DNA of 64,000 nt from Octopus vulgaris (GCA_951406725.2 OX597828.1:5580001-5644000); one strand, 5' to 3'; counted from the stretch's first letter, positions 39,367 through 53,900 are shown. Program-made: numbers and translations. The notes: generated by a model from the letters alone, not told the origin.

Positions 39367-39378
39367 CAGACACACATA

Positions 39379-39440
<62 letters not shown>
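39246..39440. repeat. (TATG)n/(TA)n microsatellites
   Basis: Direct inspection. Confidence 0.95.
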
Positions 39441-39444
<4 letters not shown>

Positions 39445-39749
39445 GATATGAGGAGATATAATTGAGAGAGTATGTGTGGGAGAAAAGAAAAGGAGACAAA
39501 TGATGTGTTTATAAATGATGTGTGTATGTGTGTAGGACTTCAATAACGAACATTATTATAATCACACGTATTTTCGAGTGTTTGAAGAAATATATTTTAG
39601 AAAGATGTGTAATGTATTCACTTTGTCCTTAAATGTTAATTCACTGAGATTTCTTAATTCCATGTCATCCAGACAAAACACCGAATTTGAAAGTTGTACT
39701 TTCGTTTCTAATTATTGTAGTGAATTATATTGTTTCTCTCAAAATGTTA

Positions 39750-40160
39750 GCAGGAGTGGCTGTGTGGTAAGTAGCTTGCTTACCAACCACATGGTTCCGG
39801 GTTCAGTCCCACTGCGTGGCATCTTAGACAAGTGTCTTCTGCTATAGCCTCGGGCCGACCAATGCCTTGTGAGTGGATTTGGTAGACGGAAACTGAAAGA
39901 AGCCTGTCGTATATATGTATATATATATGTATTATGTGTGTGTGTTTGTGTGTCTGTGTTTGTCTCCCTAGCATTGCTTGACAACCAATGCTGGTGTGTT
40001 TATGTCCCCGTCACTTAGCGGTTCAGCAAAAAGAGACCGATAGAATAAGTACTGGGCTTACAAAGAATAAGTCCCGGGGTCGATTGCTCGACTAAAGGTG
40101 GTGCTCCAGCATGGCCGCAGTCAAATGACTGAAACAAGTAAAAGAGTAAAAGAGAAAGAG
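39750..40160 (+). mobile_element. SINE family A, near complete
   Basis: GCAGGAGTGGCTGTGTGGTAAG..GGTTCAGTCCC..CTTAGACAAGTGTCTT..(TA/TG)n..GAAACAAGTAAAAGAGTAAAAGAG. Confidence 0.9.
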
Positions 40161-40614
40161 TATGTGTAAACAAATGAAGTAATATTTATAAAATTTCATC
40201 TTCTTACAAGACATAAAGACCCCTCCATGGGGACTTAACACCTACAACTTAGTAATTTTATCTAAGCAAAGACGAATACAGATGTACTCTTGGAAGCTGT
40301 GGGTTCACCCGAGCATAAAAGATGGGCATTATTTGTAATTCAATGGTACAACAGTGTAAGAATTTGCTTTGAGATACATTTAGATTGTGATTTCAGTAAA
40401 TGAGAGGCATATTTGACCCAACAGTTTCAGTTGCAAAGTGTTGAGTAAAGTTATTTGGTTGCAGACCTCCTTTCAGTCTTATTATTATCGCTGGGTCACA
40501 CATAGTCCCTAGATGTTAACATTGATTTCAAGGCCGCCCCAGATGAGTGACTGGTTATTCAAAGTCATTTCTAGATTTATTCTATCCAGTTATGTACGTA
40601 TATAAAAATATGTA

Positions 40615-40760
<146 letters not shown>

Positions 40761-40878
40761 TATCTATGAAAAAGAAGAACGAAAATGCTACTTTCTTAAA
40801 ATTGGGCACATTTTAATTTTCTTTATGTAAATACATTAAAAAAAGAAAGGTTTGGTTTTGTTTTACACTTTTCAAAAA

Positions 40879-41260
40879 TCTCTCTATATATAAACGGCAG
40901 TTTGTCTGTGCGTTTTCTGTGTGTCTGTTTTCTCGTACCGTCACTCTGACCACGGCTTTCAACCGATTCTGATGAAACTTGACACACACATAGCCCAATG
41001 TCATAATTCAAAACTAACGCAGCGAAAATTTTGAAAAGTTCCCCCAGTTCTGAAAAAATCGATAAATTCGACATGGGGTCGAGAATCAGAAACCCAAACC
41101 ACAGACCGTCTAGGGGACGCAGCTCCACCTTTTCTAACTCTCAAAAAAAATTTACCATCATTTTTTTCCATTTTTTTGCTATTTTTTGGCTATAACTCTC
41201 TAAAAATGCTTTATAGTTATTTCCCTTACAAACCTGAGCAACGCCGGGCGATACTGCTAG
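40879..41260 (+). mobile_element. non-autonomous Helitron (382 bp)
   Basis: A|TC 5' end (TCTCTCTATATATAAACGGCA), subterminal imperfect GC hairpin CCTGAGCAACGCCGGG, 3' CTAG|T, no TSD. Confidence 0.85.
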
Positions 41261-41549
41261 TATATACTAAAATGGAATATGTAAAGAGAAAAGGGCTATT
41301 AATAAAATAGAATTAAAATTAAAATTAAAATAAGCATTCTAAGTTTACTTTCCTTTTTCTTGCAAGAGCACATGTTAATTTCCGTTACTTTTCGTGGCAT
41401 GACAAGTTGTACTGACTGTGACGGCAAATGATTACTATCTGTAATGGTAAATTAAATAGTCATTATTAGCAGACCGCACTTATGTCCACTTACCGAGGAT
41501 AGCAGAAGAACGGGAGAAGTGGCGAAATTTGGAAGTGATATCAAGGAAT

Positions 41550-42170
41550 TCTCCAACGTCCACACTCAAGCACGTCAGATGTTCCTTTTCACAGAAGACA
41601 ACTGAACGCATCGAGCAGAGACCATGCACCCATGTCTCATCACAAGTGATGATGGCATTCGTGGTCTTTGACAGCCAAACATCTGAGTGATTTCCAAGCA
41701 CTTTAGCGATGGATTTCGCGAACACTCTCTGCATGCACACATTCTCTGTTAACATGGAATACACTGATCCTGTGTTTATTCCCACTTCAGGAGTAGCTTC
41801 CAGGATTTTTGCGCCAAGACCATTCACCGAAACTTCACAATCGGTTCCCAGTTTCAGCTTGATGATGGCCGTCCTGAGGGAGCGTCGCTGTCAACTAAGT
41901 GCGTCCATGTTTGAAGCAAAGGTAGCACAATTTAATTATAATTTTACCCATGTCATCATCGGCAAAGATCGTCTGAATCTTCTGGAAGGTTTGAGCATAA
42001 TTATCATCAATCTCTTGGCAAAACGTGATGCAGTATCTCTGCTTAATGCGCCTAATGAAAACGAAAATCCGATGAACATACACTACACGCTTGCATACCA
42101 AAGAATTTTGACTTGGACTATTAGTTTTGGAGAGAAAAAATAGCGTCGGATACTTTCTGAACGCACCGCG
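41550..42170 (-). mobile_element. decayed mariner element (second subfamily)
   Basis: TIR-like end TA|CGCGGTGCGTTCAGAAAGTATCCGAC; peptides KQRYCITFC..TFQKIQTIF..FKHGRT, RSSGRPSS, IITCDETWVH. Confidence 0.8.
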
Positions 42171-42792
42171 TACATATATGTAAATGGAGTCAGTCAATTG
42201 TTTAGGAATCCAATACCTACAGTTGTCTTTGCAATATATTAGTAGTTTAGAAATTATTATTTATCCATTATACATCGAAATAAGTTATTACTGTATTGTA
42301 TATTTTAGGGGGTGAAATAAAATATAAAGGATGCATTGCAAGTTAAAGTATACACTGAAAATAGGGCATTAAATCGTTGCTAGCGATATTGGTAATGATT
42401 TTGTGTGTTTGTGTGTGTGTTTCTAAAGTGTATGTATCAATATGTTTAATTCGAAAGTGTTGCGTGTGCATCGATTTGAAGATGTGTAATTATAGAGAAA
42501 TTCAAATTTGTTAGCAAAGATGTGTGTCATTAGCATCAGTTCCTTGATGTTATCTAGCGACAGTGTCACCGACAGAAGCAACGATTTCATTCTCAATAAT
42601 AGTTTGGTAGCTAACAAGAGCAGCTGAATTTTTCCACTGAGAAAAGCTTGAAAGCACAACTTTATTTATCTTTCTTGAAAGATGCAAATATACAGTTCAA
42701 ATATTAAAGATGCATTTATGAAATTGCTTTCAAATAAAGAATTGATAATATTGTGTCTTTTCTTAGAGCCAAATTCAAAATGTAAAAAGCAA

Positions 42793-42816
42793 TATCTATC
42801 TATTTATCTATCTATC

Positions 42817-42872
<56 letters not shown>

Positions 42873-42905
42873 GTATGCATGTATGTATGTATGTATGCGT
42901 GTGTA

Positions 42906-42943
<38 letters not shown>

Positions 42944-42982
42944 CATATATATATATATATATACATACATATATATATATAT

Positions 42983-43038
<56 letters not shown>
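42793..43038. repeat. compound TA/TATC/TATG microsatellite
   Basis: Direct inspection. Confidence 0.95.
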
Positions 43039-43040
<2 letters not shown>

Positions 43041-44385
43041 TTTATATCTTATTCGAATCCAGTATTTCAATGCACATCGTTGATTATATTGTAATATATA
43101 TTGAATTTATTTGATATTCTTATATTTTGGATATGATGCACAAATATATCCAATAAACCTACTGCAAAACTTCGATTTTAATTTTTGATTATATTCTGGC
43201 GAGTATTAACATTAGAAGAGTTCATATATTGTCCTACCCATTCCCACGTTGTGCGATCAAATCCGCGCAGGTTATTCATTGTTTCTATATTATTGTACAA
43301 ATTATTTTATACAAATTTATATTTTCATAAATGTCGTAGACACAGTTTTGGTAATTTAACGCAAATTTCTTTTCTCAGAGTATGCGTACCTCTACGTGAA
43401 ATACAAAATTAGAAATTTTACGTTTCTTTCAAGATATATGATTTTAAAATATACATATTTCTGGGCTGTACATGAATCATGTATTGTAAAGTATTATCTA
43501 ACTAAAAGTACAAATAAATAAGGCAAAATGTACTAAGGTATTTCCGAGGTGAAAGTTTAATTCGATAACAGTTTAATACATTTTTAAGATGTAACATAGT
43601 ACAATATGTGTAAGAACATATATGTATCGACAAACAGGCGCGTGACATAAAACCAAATGCTGAAAATTCAGTAGTTTTTTGTCTTTTTTGTGCCACCTTT
43701 TATTTTCTCTAAATTAAGTCATAGATTCCGGAACGAGATTATATGCAATGCAATTTTCGTTAAATGTTAGTATAGCATGAAGCATCAAGTCTAACTGGCG
43801 ATAGCCTGCGTTAGTTCTTAAAATCATGATTTTTGGATAAATTCATTTACAAAGTTGAACATAAAGCGAAATATCTTTTTGAGTGAGATAACACTTGTTC
43901 TAAAATGGGGAGTTTTCATCTAGTACTGTTAATATAGAAATTAGTAAAAACACTTTACATGGAAGTTGCTGAATATGCGGAGCAGATATAGGAAGAATAT
44001 TTTTAGAAAGAAAATATTGTAAATCAAAAAAGAGGATATTTAGTTTCATGTTGGTCGGGGTCAGTGTACACACTCACGAAGTGTTATACGTGGGCACTGG
44101 AAATCATTCATGAACTAAACAAAAGTATATGCCTGTCTCCTACGAAACTGGTATCATTGGTCCTTTTTCTAATGTTACGTGTTAGGTTGTATGTAAGATA
44201 ATGATTATCGCAGTATAAAAGATGTTTGGAAATATTTAGCAAAAATAAGATGAAAAGTATTTAAAATAGGTCAAAAGATAAGAGGTGTTATTTATTGAGT
44301 TAACAGTCAAGGGAAATGTACTGAATTAAAAATATTAAGCATACATTTTACAGTAATATACAATATTTTATTAAGTGGTAAGTTG

Positions 44386-44480
44386 GTTTGTCTTTCATCC
44401 TTTCGGGGTCGATAGATTAAGTACCAGTTGCGTACTGGGATCGATCTAATCGACTGGGCTCCCTCCCCCAAAATTTCCAC
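44386..44480 (+). mobile_element. SINE family B fragment
   Basis: CTTTCATCCTTTCGGGGTCGATAGATTAAGTACCAG..CCCCCAAAATTTC. Confidence 0.8.
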
Positions 44481-44648
44481 GGGTACCACTAGTAAAACTA
44501 CACATTTAAAATGATGTAATTATTCAATTACTTGATGAATTAATGTATTGTAGCATGGAGAATCAGGGAAAATTAATGAATGACTTTGATTTTACATCAT
44601 ACCCTTGCACCAATAAGGAATCCATAAGGAATTATTTATCAAAAGTAT

Positions 44649-45207
44649 GGCGGCGAGGTGGCAGAATCGTTAGCACGCCGGGCGAAATGCTTTGTGGTAT
44701 TTCGTCCGCCGCTGCGTTCTGAGTTCAAATTCCGCTGTGGTCGACTTTGTCTTTCATCCTTTCGGGGTCGATAAATTAAGTACCAGTTACGCACTGGGGT
44801 CGATATAATCGACTTAATCCACTTGTCTGTCCTTGTTTGTCCTCACTGTGTTTAGCCCCTTGTGGGTAGTAAAGAAATACGTATTTTGTCTGTCTTTACC
44901 ATCTGAGTTCAAATTCCTCCGAGATCGACTTTGACTTTCATCCCTTCGGGGTCAATAAAGTATGTACCAGCTGCGTACTGTGGTCGATCTAATCGACTGG
45001 CCCATTCCCCCAAAATTTCGGGCCTTGAGCCTAGAGTAGAAAAGAATATTCTTGCGTAAATTTTCTTCAGAACATACAAGGTGCTTTTAACATTTAAAAT
45101 TTTTGAAATGAAAATACTATTTTGTATAGAACGTAATTCTTATCAATAAATTTCGATTAAACAATGGGCTTAGAGCGGCTGAAATACAGTAATGACAGCA
45201 ATTCCTA
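44649..45207 (+). mobile_element. SINE family B, dimeric long form
   Basis: Head GGCGGCGAGGTGGCAGAATCG. The CTGAGTTCAAATTCC..TCGACTTTG..TCGACT module occurs twice (~44718 and ~44903). The 3' extension is shared with the copy at 16754. Confidence 0.9.
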
Positions 45208-45514
45208 TTTTAGAAATAGCGATAGTATTTAAGGCTCTTCATTGATCGCAATAATTATCTCACTTAGATTCGTCAACATGTAGGCGAGTTTATGTACAGT
45301 GGTATTTTCGGAGTACCTTAATTTAGAAAAATTAATTTCAGAAGGCAAACTAGGATTATAGCAAGAACTTATCATTCATATTTAACTGATTACTTCTGAG
45401 ATACAATATATCAAATTAAGTATCTTATTTCCTTAGGTACCATTTCTATATATGTATATGGTTCTCTCGGTAGACTCATGTTTCCTCCTTTCAGCTAGTC
45501 AACTACACCAGCAT

Positions 45515-45710
45515 TTTGGCACAAGGCCACCGATGTGAAGAAGGGGTAAGTCGATTACATCAACGCAGGTGCTCAGATGGTTCTTCTTTTTCCAACCCCT
45601 AGATGATGAAAGGCAACCTCGAACACAGTGGAGTTTTGAACACAGAACATAAAGACGGATTAAATACTGCTAACCATTTTGTTCGGCGTGCTAACTACTC
45701 TGTCACCTTA
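45515..45710. mobile_element. decayed family B-related SINE
   Basis: TTTTGGCACAAGGCC..TAAGTCGATTACATC..GATGAAAGGCAA; reverse complement of family B motifs. Confidence 0.55.
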
Positions 45711-47133
45711 TTGTACTTTATACTTTAAAACGTATCACATTTATTTATTTATATATTTATTTCTTTACCTTTATGATAACGAAGCTTTATAACTGAAGGA
45801 TTTTAAAGACAAAAATTATTACATCGAAGATAATTCTTGAAAATGTATAACGTTCAAAATTCTTTTAAGGTAGTTATGAATCTTAAATTATTACAATTAA
45901 CGTTAAGCTTTTCTTTATCTTATTATTCCCAAACTGTTGTGAATATTGCAGTTTCAGATACGAATAGCAAGAAATCAAATTTCATTTGTTCATATGATTT
46001 TATTTAAATGTAGCAAATATTCATAGTAAAAAATTCATATTAAAAATTGATACATACGATTAGATTCGTTTGTGCAGTTACGCTGATCTGTAAATTGTAC
46101 GATGAATATTTATGTTTTTGTCAATTGATAGTTATTTTTGTACGAATGCATCTACAAATAATAATTGAATTTGGAATGTTTTGACAGGGAGCACTGAAAA
46201 TAGTGTCATTATTATTCAGTAAATAGTAACATACAATCGTCAAAAATATCCAACTAAAAACGAATATCGAAACAAACGTGTTTTCTTTGTTGAGACATAA
46301 TGCTCATTAAAACATCGCCCAAACTGCGTTGGTTTCCTTGCCGTACTGCCTCTATGTTGACTTTCCAATGGTGTATTATACAATAGGTATTATATAAGTG
46401 GTATATAAGAGGTATGGAATAGAAAAGTAGGCAACAGCAGCTTATGAGAGAAATAACCCGCAGTTTGAATGACAGACTTGCATAATAAATCGAGACTACA
46501 ATAGAAAGAATAATTTATCCATGCTATAACAACATGTCATACATAAACAACCAGCGAACTACTATCTATAAAAATGATTCGAAGGTATTAGAACACTGGA
46601 AACTTTATAATCAGCTCAATGACGAATGCGATTTTGTATATCAGAAGAAATGAATATTTCCTTAAGAATTCTATCTGAGAAACACGCTTAGCACCAATGT
46701 CTATTGTTGGTTTAAGTTGATATATTTGTTGAATTATCTTGAAATATCTATTCGTTGTACCTCAGACTGTCTCGTGTTATGGGGCTACATGTCTTAACAA
46801 ATAAAATATCGTTCTCTTAATATGTATCACACCCGCAATTGTCTTTGTTATCGTCAAAATATTGAGTATTTGTTAAAGTATTTCTAAGTGCTGAGCGGTT
46901 CAATGTCGGTTACCTTTTGTAAATTAGTGTTATGTTGCAACCAAATCAAAAGTATTCATTGTTAATATATATCATATATCTTATAGTTCCTATTCAGTGC
47001 ACGAATGTATCATACGTTGATTCAGTTATTTTGCTGTACGTAAGATTGAAAATATTGAGAACTTCGCATTTCTCTGAGGTTTCAACTTAAAACAACTAAC
47101 ATGCATACATATATAAACTGAGAAACTTCTGCA

Positions 47134-47135
47134 AA

Positions 47136-47183
<48 letters not shown>

Positions 47184-47279
47184 CATCATTATTATTATTA
47201 TTATTATTATTATCATTGTTGTTATTGTTGTTGTTGCTGGTGTTGTTGTTCGTGTTATTATTATTATTTATATTATTAT
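47134..47279. repeat. (ATT)n/(GTT)n microsatellite
   Basis: Direct inspection. Confidence 0.95.
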
Positions 47280-48183
47280 CTTGTCCATATACGTAGATGT
47301 ATGTACTTTACGCTATGGACGATTATGTGATATACGGGGATTATGTATCGATACGTGACTATACTTACCTAATTCGTAAAAAGACTGTGATTATTATTCA
47401 ACAGTCTATAAACTATTCACAATTTCATAATAGTTATAATGTACTGGAAAACAATCGTAGACATGTTTCTCATTCATCCACGAAATAGACAAATAATTGT
47501 TAAACATAGACCTTATCAAGTTTATTAGGAAATTTATTCGTCAGAACGGCGTCATCGATTTGCTAGCACGTAATTTAAACACATTTATTTATATATTTTT
47601 TGCTTTCTATCTAAATTATTTATTATCCTCACGATATTGTTTAACTGAAATTCTGTTATTGTTACTTTCTTCTTTGTTTAAAATTTTAAAATAACAAAGA
47701 GAAAGAATCACTTGAAAGGAAAATAGATATATATATATTTCTGGACTTCTAATTTTATTTTCTTTTATGGATTATCATACAAAATATTTCTGGAATGATT
47801 TCATAATACTTATAGTGACACATATGTGTATGGCTTGTTTTATCGTGCTACTAAGATATCATAGCTTGTACCAAAGATTATAAGATTTGGACTGGAAGAT
47901 TTTTGTAGATGCCCCTCCACTTTAAACAGAGCCAAAACAAGTTGCTCTTTGATTCATGTTTATCACATCTACTGAAATCCTACACTGAGTTATGTCAACG
48001 CTCAATAATGCGATATTACAAGCCATAGGCAAATGGATCACTACAATAATTAGGAAGCAATTTCCCACGTATTTTATAAGATTTTGCATCATTAATAATG
48101 TAGAAAGCCAAAACGAGATACGTTTCCATTTTATTTTATTTTGCTTCTTTGTTTTATATTTTACAATTAGAAAGAGATATTGA

Positions 48184-48411
48184 TCACAAATTTTGACACA
48201 AGGCCAGCGATTTCATGGAAATGGTAAGTCTACAGCATCGGCCACAGCATTCAGCTAGTAAGTATTTGATCGACCTTGTGGTACCTATTTTATCGACCCT
48301 GAAATGATGAACAGAAAGACTACCTCGGCGGAATTTGAGCTCTGAACACGAGACGGACAAAATGTCATTAAGCATTTTGCCTGACATGCTAAAGATTCTG
48401 CTAGCTCGCCA
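48184..48411 (-). mobile_element. decayed SINE family B
   Basis: TTTATCGACCC..CCTCGGCGGAATTTGAGCTCTGAAC..TTCTGCTAGCTCGCC is the reverse complement of the family B head. Confidence 0.75.
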
Positions 48412-49792
48412 CTTTCAGTTAGCAAGTAAAGTGAGGTTAGTTTCTCAATATTATCTATAAATATGTATCGATAGGATTTTGGTGTTTACCCTCTCCGTAT
48501 GTCATTACATTCCTGTCATGGATTATATATTTCACGTTAAAAAACTTCCCACGTAAAGTGAAATATAGGAGTAATATCTCGACTGAAAATAGATAAATTA
48601 TTGTCTTTTATTTCTTATAACAAAATTTGGATTTGAGATTATTGACAAAATTTAGAAGAAACATATTTGACAGCTTTTTCCTTAACAAGGGCTTAACAAT
48701 AGAAAGCAGAATCCATATATTTCAGGAACGGCAACAGAACCAACAATAGTAGCAAAAACAATGAAGAAATGAAACTGTTATTCTCAGTGGCTTTCAAGTA
48801 TATAGAATGAATTATATATTATATGCATTATCTTCGAGACGGGACACTTAGAAGATGAGATGAACCGTTCATTTAAAAAGACACTGTACAGGGAGCATTA
48901 ACGTTAGTGCAACACATATTGCCTATGTAGAAGCCTCTACGATTATCTAATAGGTTCCATTTGTTACATTTACACAGAATCGTCAAGTGGAATGATTGTT
49001 TGAATGTGAACAAGAGCTGCAAAAGTAAATATTTTTTGTAACAGAATTTTCAGACACATTTCGACACGAGGGCCTTATTAGAGGGTTACATGCTTTTATG
49101 CATCACTATAATGAAGAAGGAACAAAACAAAGACAAAAAAATCTCCCTTAAATCATATACCGTGGTTGTAAATATAACAACGACGTATTAGATCATGTAG
49201 GCCTATATTTTTAATGGCTAATCTCAAACGGAATGGCGTGTTTTTGGACTTATTTTGCAGGGACAAGAAGACTGCTGTAAAGAAGGAATGTATTTATTGT
49301 GAAACCGATGACGCATGGAAAACCTTGCAGCCATTTGAGCTCTTTTAAACGAATCCAATAATCAGGATATGGAGTTAAAACAAGTGATTGATCATGAGTA
49401 CCACTCAACTTCAAAGAAAAGAAATGCAAGAACAAACACAACAGGTCAACGCGTCCGATGGCCTAACACTTCCTCTAATTTTCTTTATTTGAGCTGAAAA
49501 ATTAAATGTAAAAGTGAAGTGTATAACGGGATTTTAAGCAGGGCTCAGGGAAAACTAACGTAATGTACTTCATTCCACAATCCTTTAATTTTATGAATTC
49601 ACATACTATAGGTTCCTCTTAAAAGACAAAATTGTCCAAAAGTATAATACTGTTTGATATAGATCTGCATCATAACATTTGATTTAGAGCAAAGCTACAA
49701 AGTAAGAAGTTAACACGAATATCATAAAAAATACATCTGTTTTCATTAAAAAGAAATTATTATTAATATTGTTGTTGTTGTTGTTGTTATTG

Positions 49793-49950
49793 AGGGGGTG
49801 AGCTGACAGAATCAGTATCGCGCTAGAGGAAATACTTAGTAGCATTTCCCCTGTCGCTACGTTCTGAGTTCAAATTCCGTCAAGGTAGATTTCGCCTTTC
49901 ATTCTTTCGTGTTCGATAAAATAACCACCAGTTGAAGATTGTGGTCAAGT
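49793..49950 (+). mobile_element. decayed SINE family B
   Basis: GGTGAGCTGACAGAATC..CGTTCTGAGTTCAAATTCCG..GCCTTTCATTCTTTCG. Confidence 0.75.
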
Positions 49951-49997
49951 GGCAATGATTATTATTATTATTATTGTTGTTATCATTATTATTATTA

Positions 49998-50905
49998 TTT
50001 CTTTTCCTGGTTTAGGTATAATACATCTCAGCTCCTTCTTGCGACTTTCAGAAATACTTTCCTCAAAGAAACGTGCTTTTTCGGGTATTACTTCCGACTG
50101 CGTACGTCAGGGGAAGTTTCGTATTTTCTGTCTTCCATGCCAGAATATTGCTATCATTGACATAGTCTCAAGTGCGCTAAATATGATATCACACTCTTCT
50201 GAGGCTCTATGGGTGCTTCTCACTTCTAATGCTAGGGCTTCGAAATTGACGACTTCTTCATTCGCTCGCTTCATGATATGCTGCTTTGCTCGTATAGCTA
50301 CGTCGGTGAAGGTTCACTTCTTGGACTCCAAAGATTAGTGTTTCTAATGATTGTTGAAACTTTCCAGCCAATATTTCCTGCACAGCTCACAGTGTATTCG
50401 TTCAGTCATTTCCTCATGATGATTTTGCATTCCTTTTGGGTCAGGTTTGGTTATCCGCTAATTATATGTCTGATTCGCATGATTTGTCACATAGGTGAAA
50501 ATGCTGTCTTTTCAACGCTATATTGAAATGAGTTAGCACTTGAGACTTGCTCATGTGTAGTAATTATTAGTCATTCTGTCTCCCTTAAAATCAATATCTT
50601 AGCCATCTCCAGGACTCTTCATTAGCTTCATCTGATGTTTGTTGGAAAAACTCCCCGCATAGGACCTTCTGTTTCCAGTTGATGATCTTTTCTTTATTAG
50701 TTTTCATTTTGTATTCCTGGAGGGTTTCACTATTATAACTGAACATCTCCTTACTCAGCGCAGCCTGCAACGTTCTCTCATCGCTATTCTTCAGATGGGC
50801 ATTCAAGGACATAACTATCATAAAGCTATCTTCTATTCCAGCCCATTAGCTTTCACCTTCCTACCTAGGTAAGTAAAGACGCCACACGTGATTTCTAGCA
50901 TCGGC
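49998..50905 (-). mobile_element. 3' fragment of another R4/Dong-like retrotransposon ending in (AAT)n
   Basis: Minus strand RLYLPR, INWKQKVLCGEFFQQT..ESWRWLR..KGETE. The 3' end runs into the (TTA)n tract at 49957-49998. Confidence 0.7.
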
Positions 50906-51130
50906 CACAGAGATAATGACAATAGTCCCAAGACAAGCACAAGAATGAACAGAAACAAATCTCGTCAGAAAAGAAAAAAATTCCAACCTAATTTCGACTG
51001 TCCTACTCCCTCTCTTTCAAACAAAATTACACAGATAGATACACAGTAAAAAAGCTCCACAGTAAAAAAGCTCTGTCTAATATAGAATTTACATTTTGCG
51101 AGGAGGAGGGACAAGGGTATAAAAAATAAA

Positions 51131-51356
51131 GAAGGCGGTGAGCTGGCAGAAACGCCGGGTGAAATGCGTAGTCGTATTTCATCTGCTGTTACATTCTGAG
51201 TTCAAACTCCGCCGAGGTCGACTTTGCCTTTCATCCTTTTGGGGTCGATAAATTAAGTACCAGATACGCACTGGGGTCGATGTAATCAACTTAATCTGTT
51301 TGTCTGTCCTTGTTTGTCCTCTCTGTGTTTAGCCCTTTGTGGGTAGTAAAGAAATA
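51131..51356 (+). mobile_element. SINE family B, monomer
   Basis: Matches the left half of 44649-45207; 15-bp TSD GGTATAAAAAATAAA at 51116-51130 and 51357-51371. Confidence 0.9.
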
Positions 51357-51749
51357 GGTATAAAAAATAAATAGATACATTAGAAATTTTACGAAAGCTA
51401 TAATCGCTCTAAACAAAGCTCACAATCACAACAACGTCACTGAAACACAGCCACACCAAATACACACAATTCCACAACAACAACAACTCTGCCATCACAA
51501 CAACCACTTCAAAAAGAAAACACACAAAAGAGCAGCACAGCAAATTGACACATAAACAATACGTTATCAACAAAAGACACTCAACCGCTAACTTTGTGCT
51601 GATAAGTAGCACGGATAAGTGTCATTGTAGAATAAAAAGAAATCATTGAAAGAGAGGGCGAGAAGGGTGAGGATAAAGGAGGGGGAGGAGATCTTCAGGT
51701 TCACTTATGTAGAAATAAATTAGATATATAATGCTGGACAAACAAAATG

Positions 51750-53900
51750 AGATAACTTTCCAGCAGTAGGGCCTACAACGGACATCCCGAAAGAACCTCA
51801 AATTTTATAGAGGCTGAATCAGTCGGTCCCAGCGAGTATCAAATGAGTCCATAGCCAGTATACTTTCATTCTCTTTTTCAACCAACATGATGGTAGGTGT
51901 GGGGCTAAATGTACATGGTTTGTGATTACCCTAGAAGCAGATTTCCTTGATCAATAACCAAAGGTCGCTATATTTAGTTGTAACAGCCATGGCCGAAAGC
52001 AGAATTCCGGCACACTAACTGTAGCAATAATTTTCGATTACTTTAAATTTTTCACGTTTCTTTCTCGGCCTGAAATGTTGCTGTTGCTTCGGAGAGGTCT
52101 GGGACTCAAGATACAGTTAATACTTCTGGAACCCGCCAGTAAGTTGGTGATTCTGAACGTGAACAGTATAGAAGCTACTCTATAACTTCGATAGTGTTCA
52201 CGTGCTAGCGGTCGATGGAACCACCGTATCTCACGTGCCTCTGAATAGTGGGTTTCTAACTGGTAGCTGTAAAAACTTAGCAAAATTGTTAAAGCTTTTC
52301 TAACTAGCTGTTATGTAACGAATAGATTTCTCGGTTGTAGCAATTACATTTGGGTGAAAACATTGGGTTATCTAGATCATTCTGAACACAAGTAAAAAGA
52401 GGAAGCATAGGTCGCCTAAAATTCCAAAGGATTAGTGAGGTGGGCTATATATTAGGTGATTTCTAAGGTCAGCTTAAATAGACTATATAGACAGGGACCC
52501 AATTACTAGAAACTGAATGAGTCTTTCCTGGTGCACTAAGTCTACAAAGACCTGAAATGGAGAAGGTTGACAGAGTCAGACATCAACAGCCAATGGCGGT
52601 TAGACTCCTCAGAAAAGGGAGATAAGGTTTGGCAAGGGAAAAGTGATAGAGAATTCTAAGGAAGAGGGAGAGCTATTCAGTAACGTTGGAAAGGCGCTTA
52701 AGAAAGGAACTGAGACCGACCTGCTGGAGGTAACTTAGACCCTTCACCGATTTGTCAATTCTTAACATGAATGTTGCGTTTTCAGAGCTAAAACATATGC
52801 GCTAAGACAACGTGGAAGGAAATCCGTTTGATGGACTCGGTGACAGAGATGCATTAGAAGAAAACTATAATTCGCTCTTCTAAATAGAGAAAGTAGCGTG
52901 GGTTACTCAATTTCACGGAGATTTGTACAGCTGTTCAGTGACATTTTGTCTCAACAGTTTGGAGCTAACGTTTAATCTCTGATGTGGGTGAAGTACACGG
53001 TCTCTCTTGAGGGCTCTTATATAGAGATACAAAGCTCTGAGAATTGGCGCTAAAAGTTAACGAAATATAAAGGGAAGCGACGGCTTGATGTTTCCAGGGG
53101 TGGACAGTCTGCAGAAAATTTGATTAACCACCTATTCACAGATGTCTACTTCGACAGAAATCAGGATAGAAGAATTTCTCAGTCCTGTAAAAAACGGTGT
53201 AGTGGTAACGTTAACTCCGAACCCGCAATGACGTCAGAACCTGATTAAAAATTTGAAGATATTGGCCAAGCGAAGGGGTTGAATCATATCGGTGTGCTTG
53301 CTTGTTGGTGAGGGAAAAACATGCGCCATATCAAAAAGACCCATTTACTTCACGGGATACATCATTAGATAGTGCCAAAAGTCAATACTTGAAAACGGCT
53401 TGATTGAGACTCATCTCTCAATGCTGAATCACTGTTATATACCACGACAGTAATCTGAATAAATGTCGGATTTCGCAACTGTTGAATATCATGAGTCTAC
53501 ATTGCAATTTCGAAATAAAATCTATGGGTGTTTTGCTGCTGTCCGGCACGGCTGCCCGAGTTGTGCGTAGAGAGCTGATACTGTCTTGCAATTCAATCGC
53601 CAGAAGAGTTCTTGGGCATTTTCGACTCGTAGAATAGTGACAGCTTCTGTCATGTTTAGGAAAGATGAGGCGGTCAACCGACGCCATATTATACTACCTC
53701 CCACCACCTACCTTTTGAAAGGAATGCACCACATTCTAGTATGCAAGTGTTGAAGGCAGAGTGAACAATCTAAAGAAAGTCGTCCACTTGTGTCACTCAA
53801 ATATTTGGTCGATGAAATCAACTAACCCCTTACCGAACATTGGTTACCTAGTGCTAAAATTTGAAAGAAGTATTTTTTCTATTGTTGATTTATGTATTTT
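51750..53900 (-). mobile_element. highly decayed APE-type LINE (CR1/L2-like) relic
   Basis: Raised GC content. Faint collinear minus-strand traces of a GG-rich APE motif (~53700), KAF (~52695), VIGS..DL (~52500) and QNDLDN (~52380). Confidence 0.35.

Noticed and set aside
44649-45050. CRISPR-like or regularly spaced repeats
   Set aside because: The repetition is the dimeric SINE module. There is no repeat-spacer array or cas gene, and the DNA is eukaryotic.
49246-49445. Acceptor-like TTATTTTGCAG followed by purine-rich sequence
   Set aside because: The frames I translated close quickly, the donor is weak and there is no homology.
50930-51000. CTGACGA and GAAA on the minus strand as a permuted hammerhead
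   Set aside because: Stem I cannot form.
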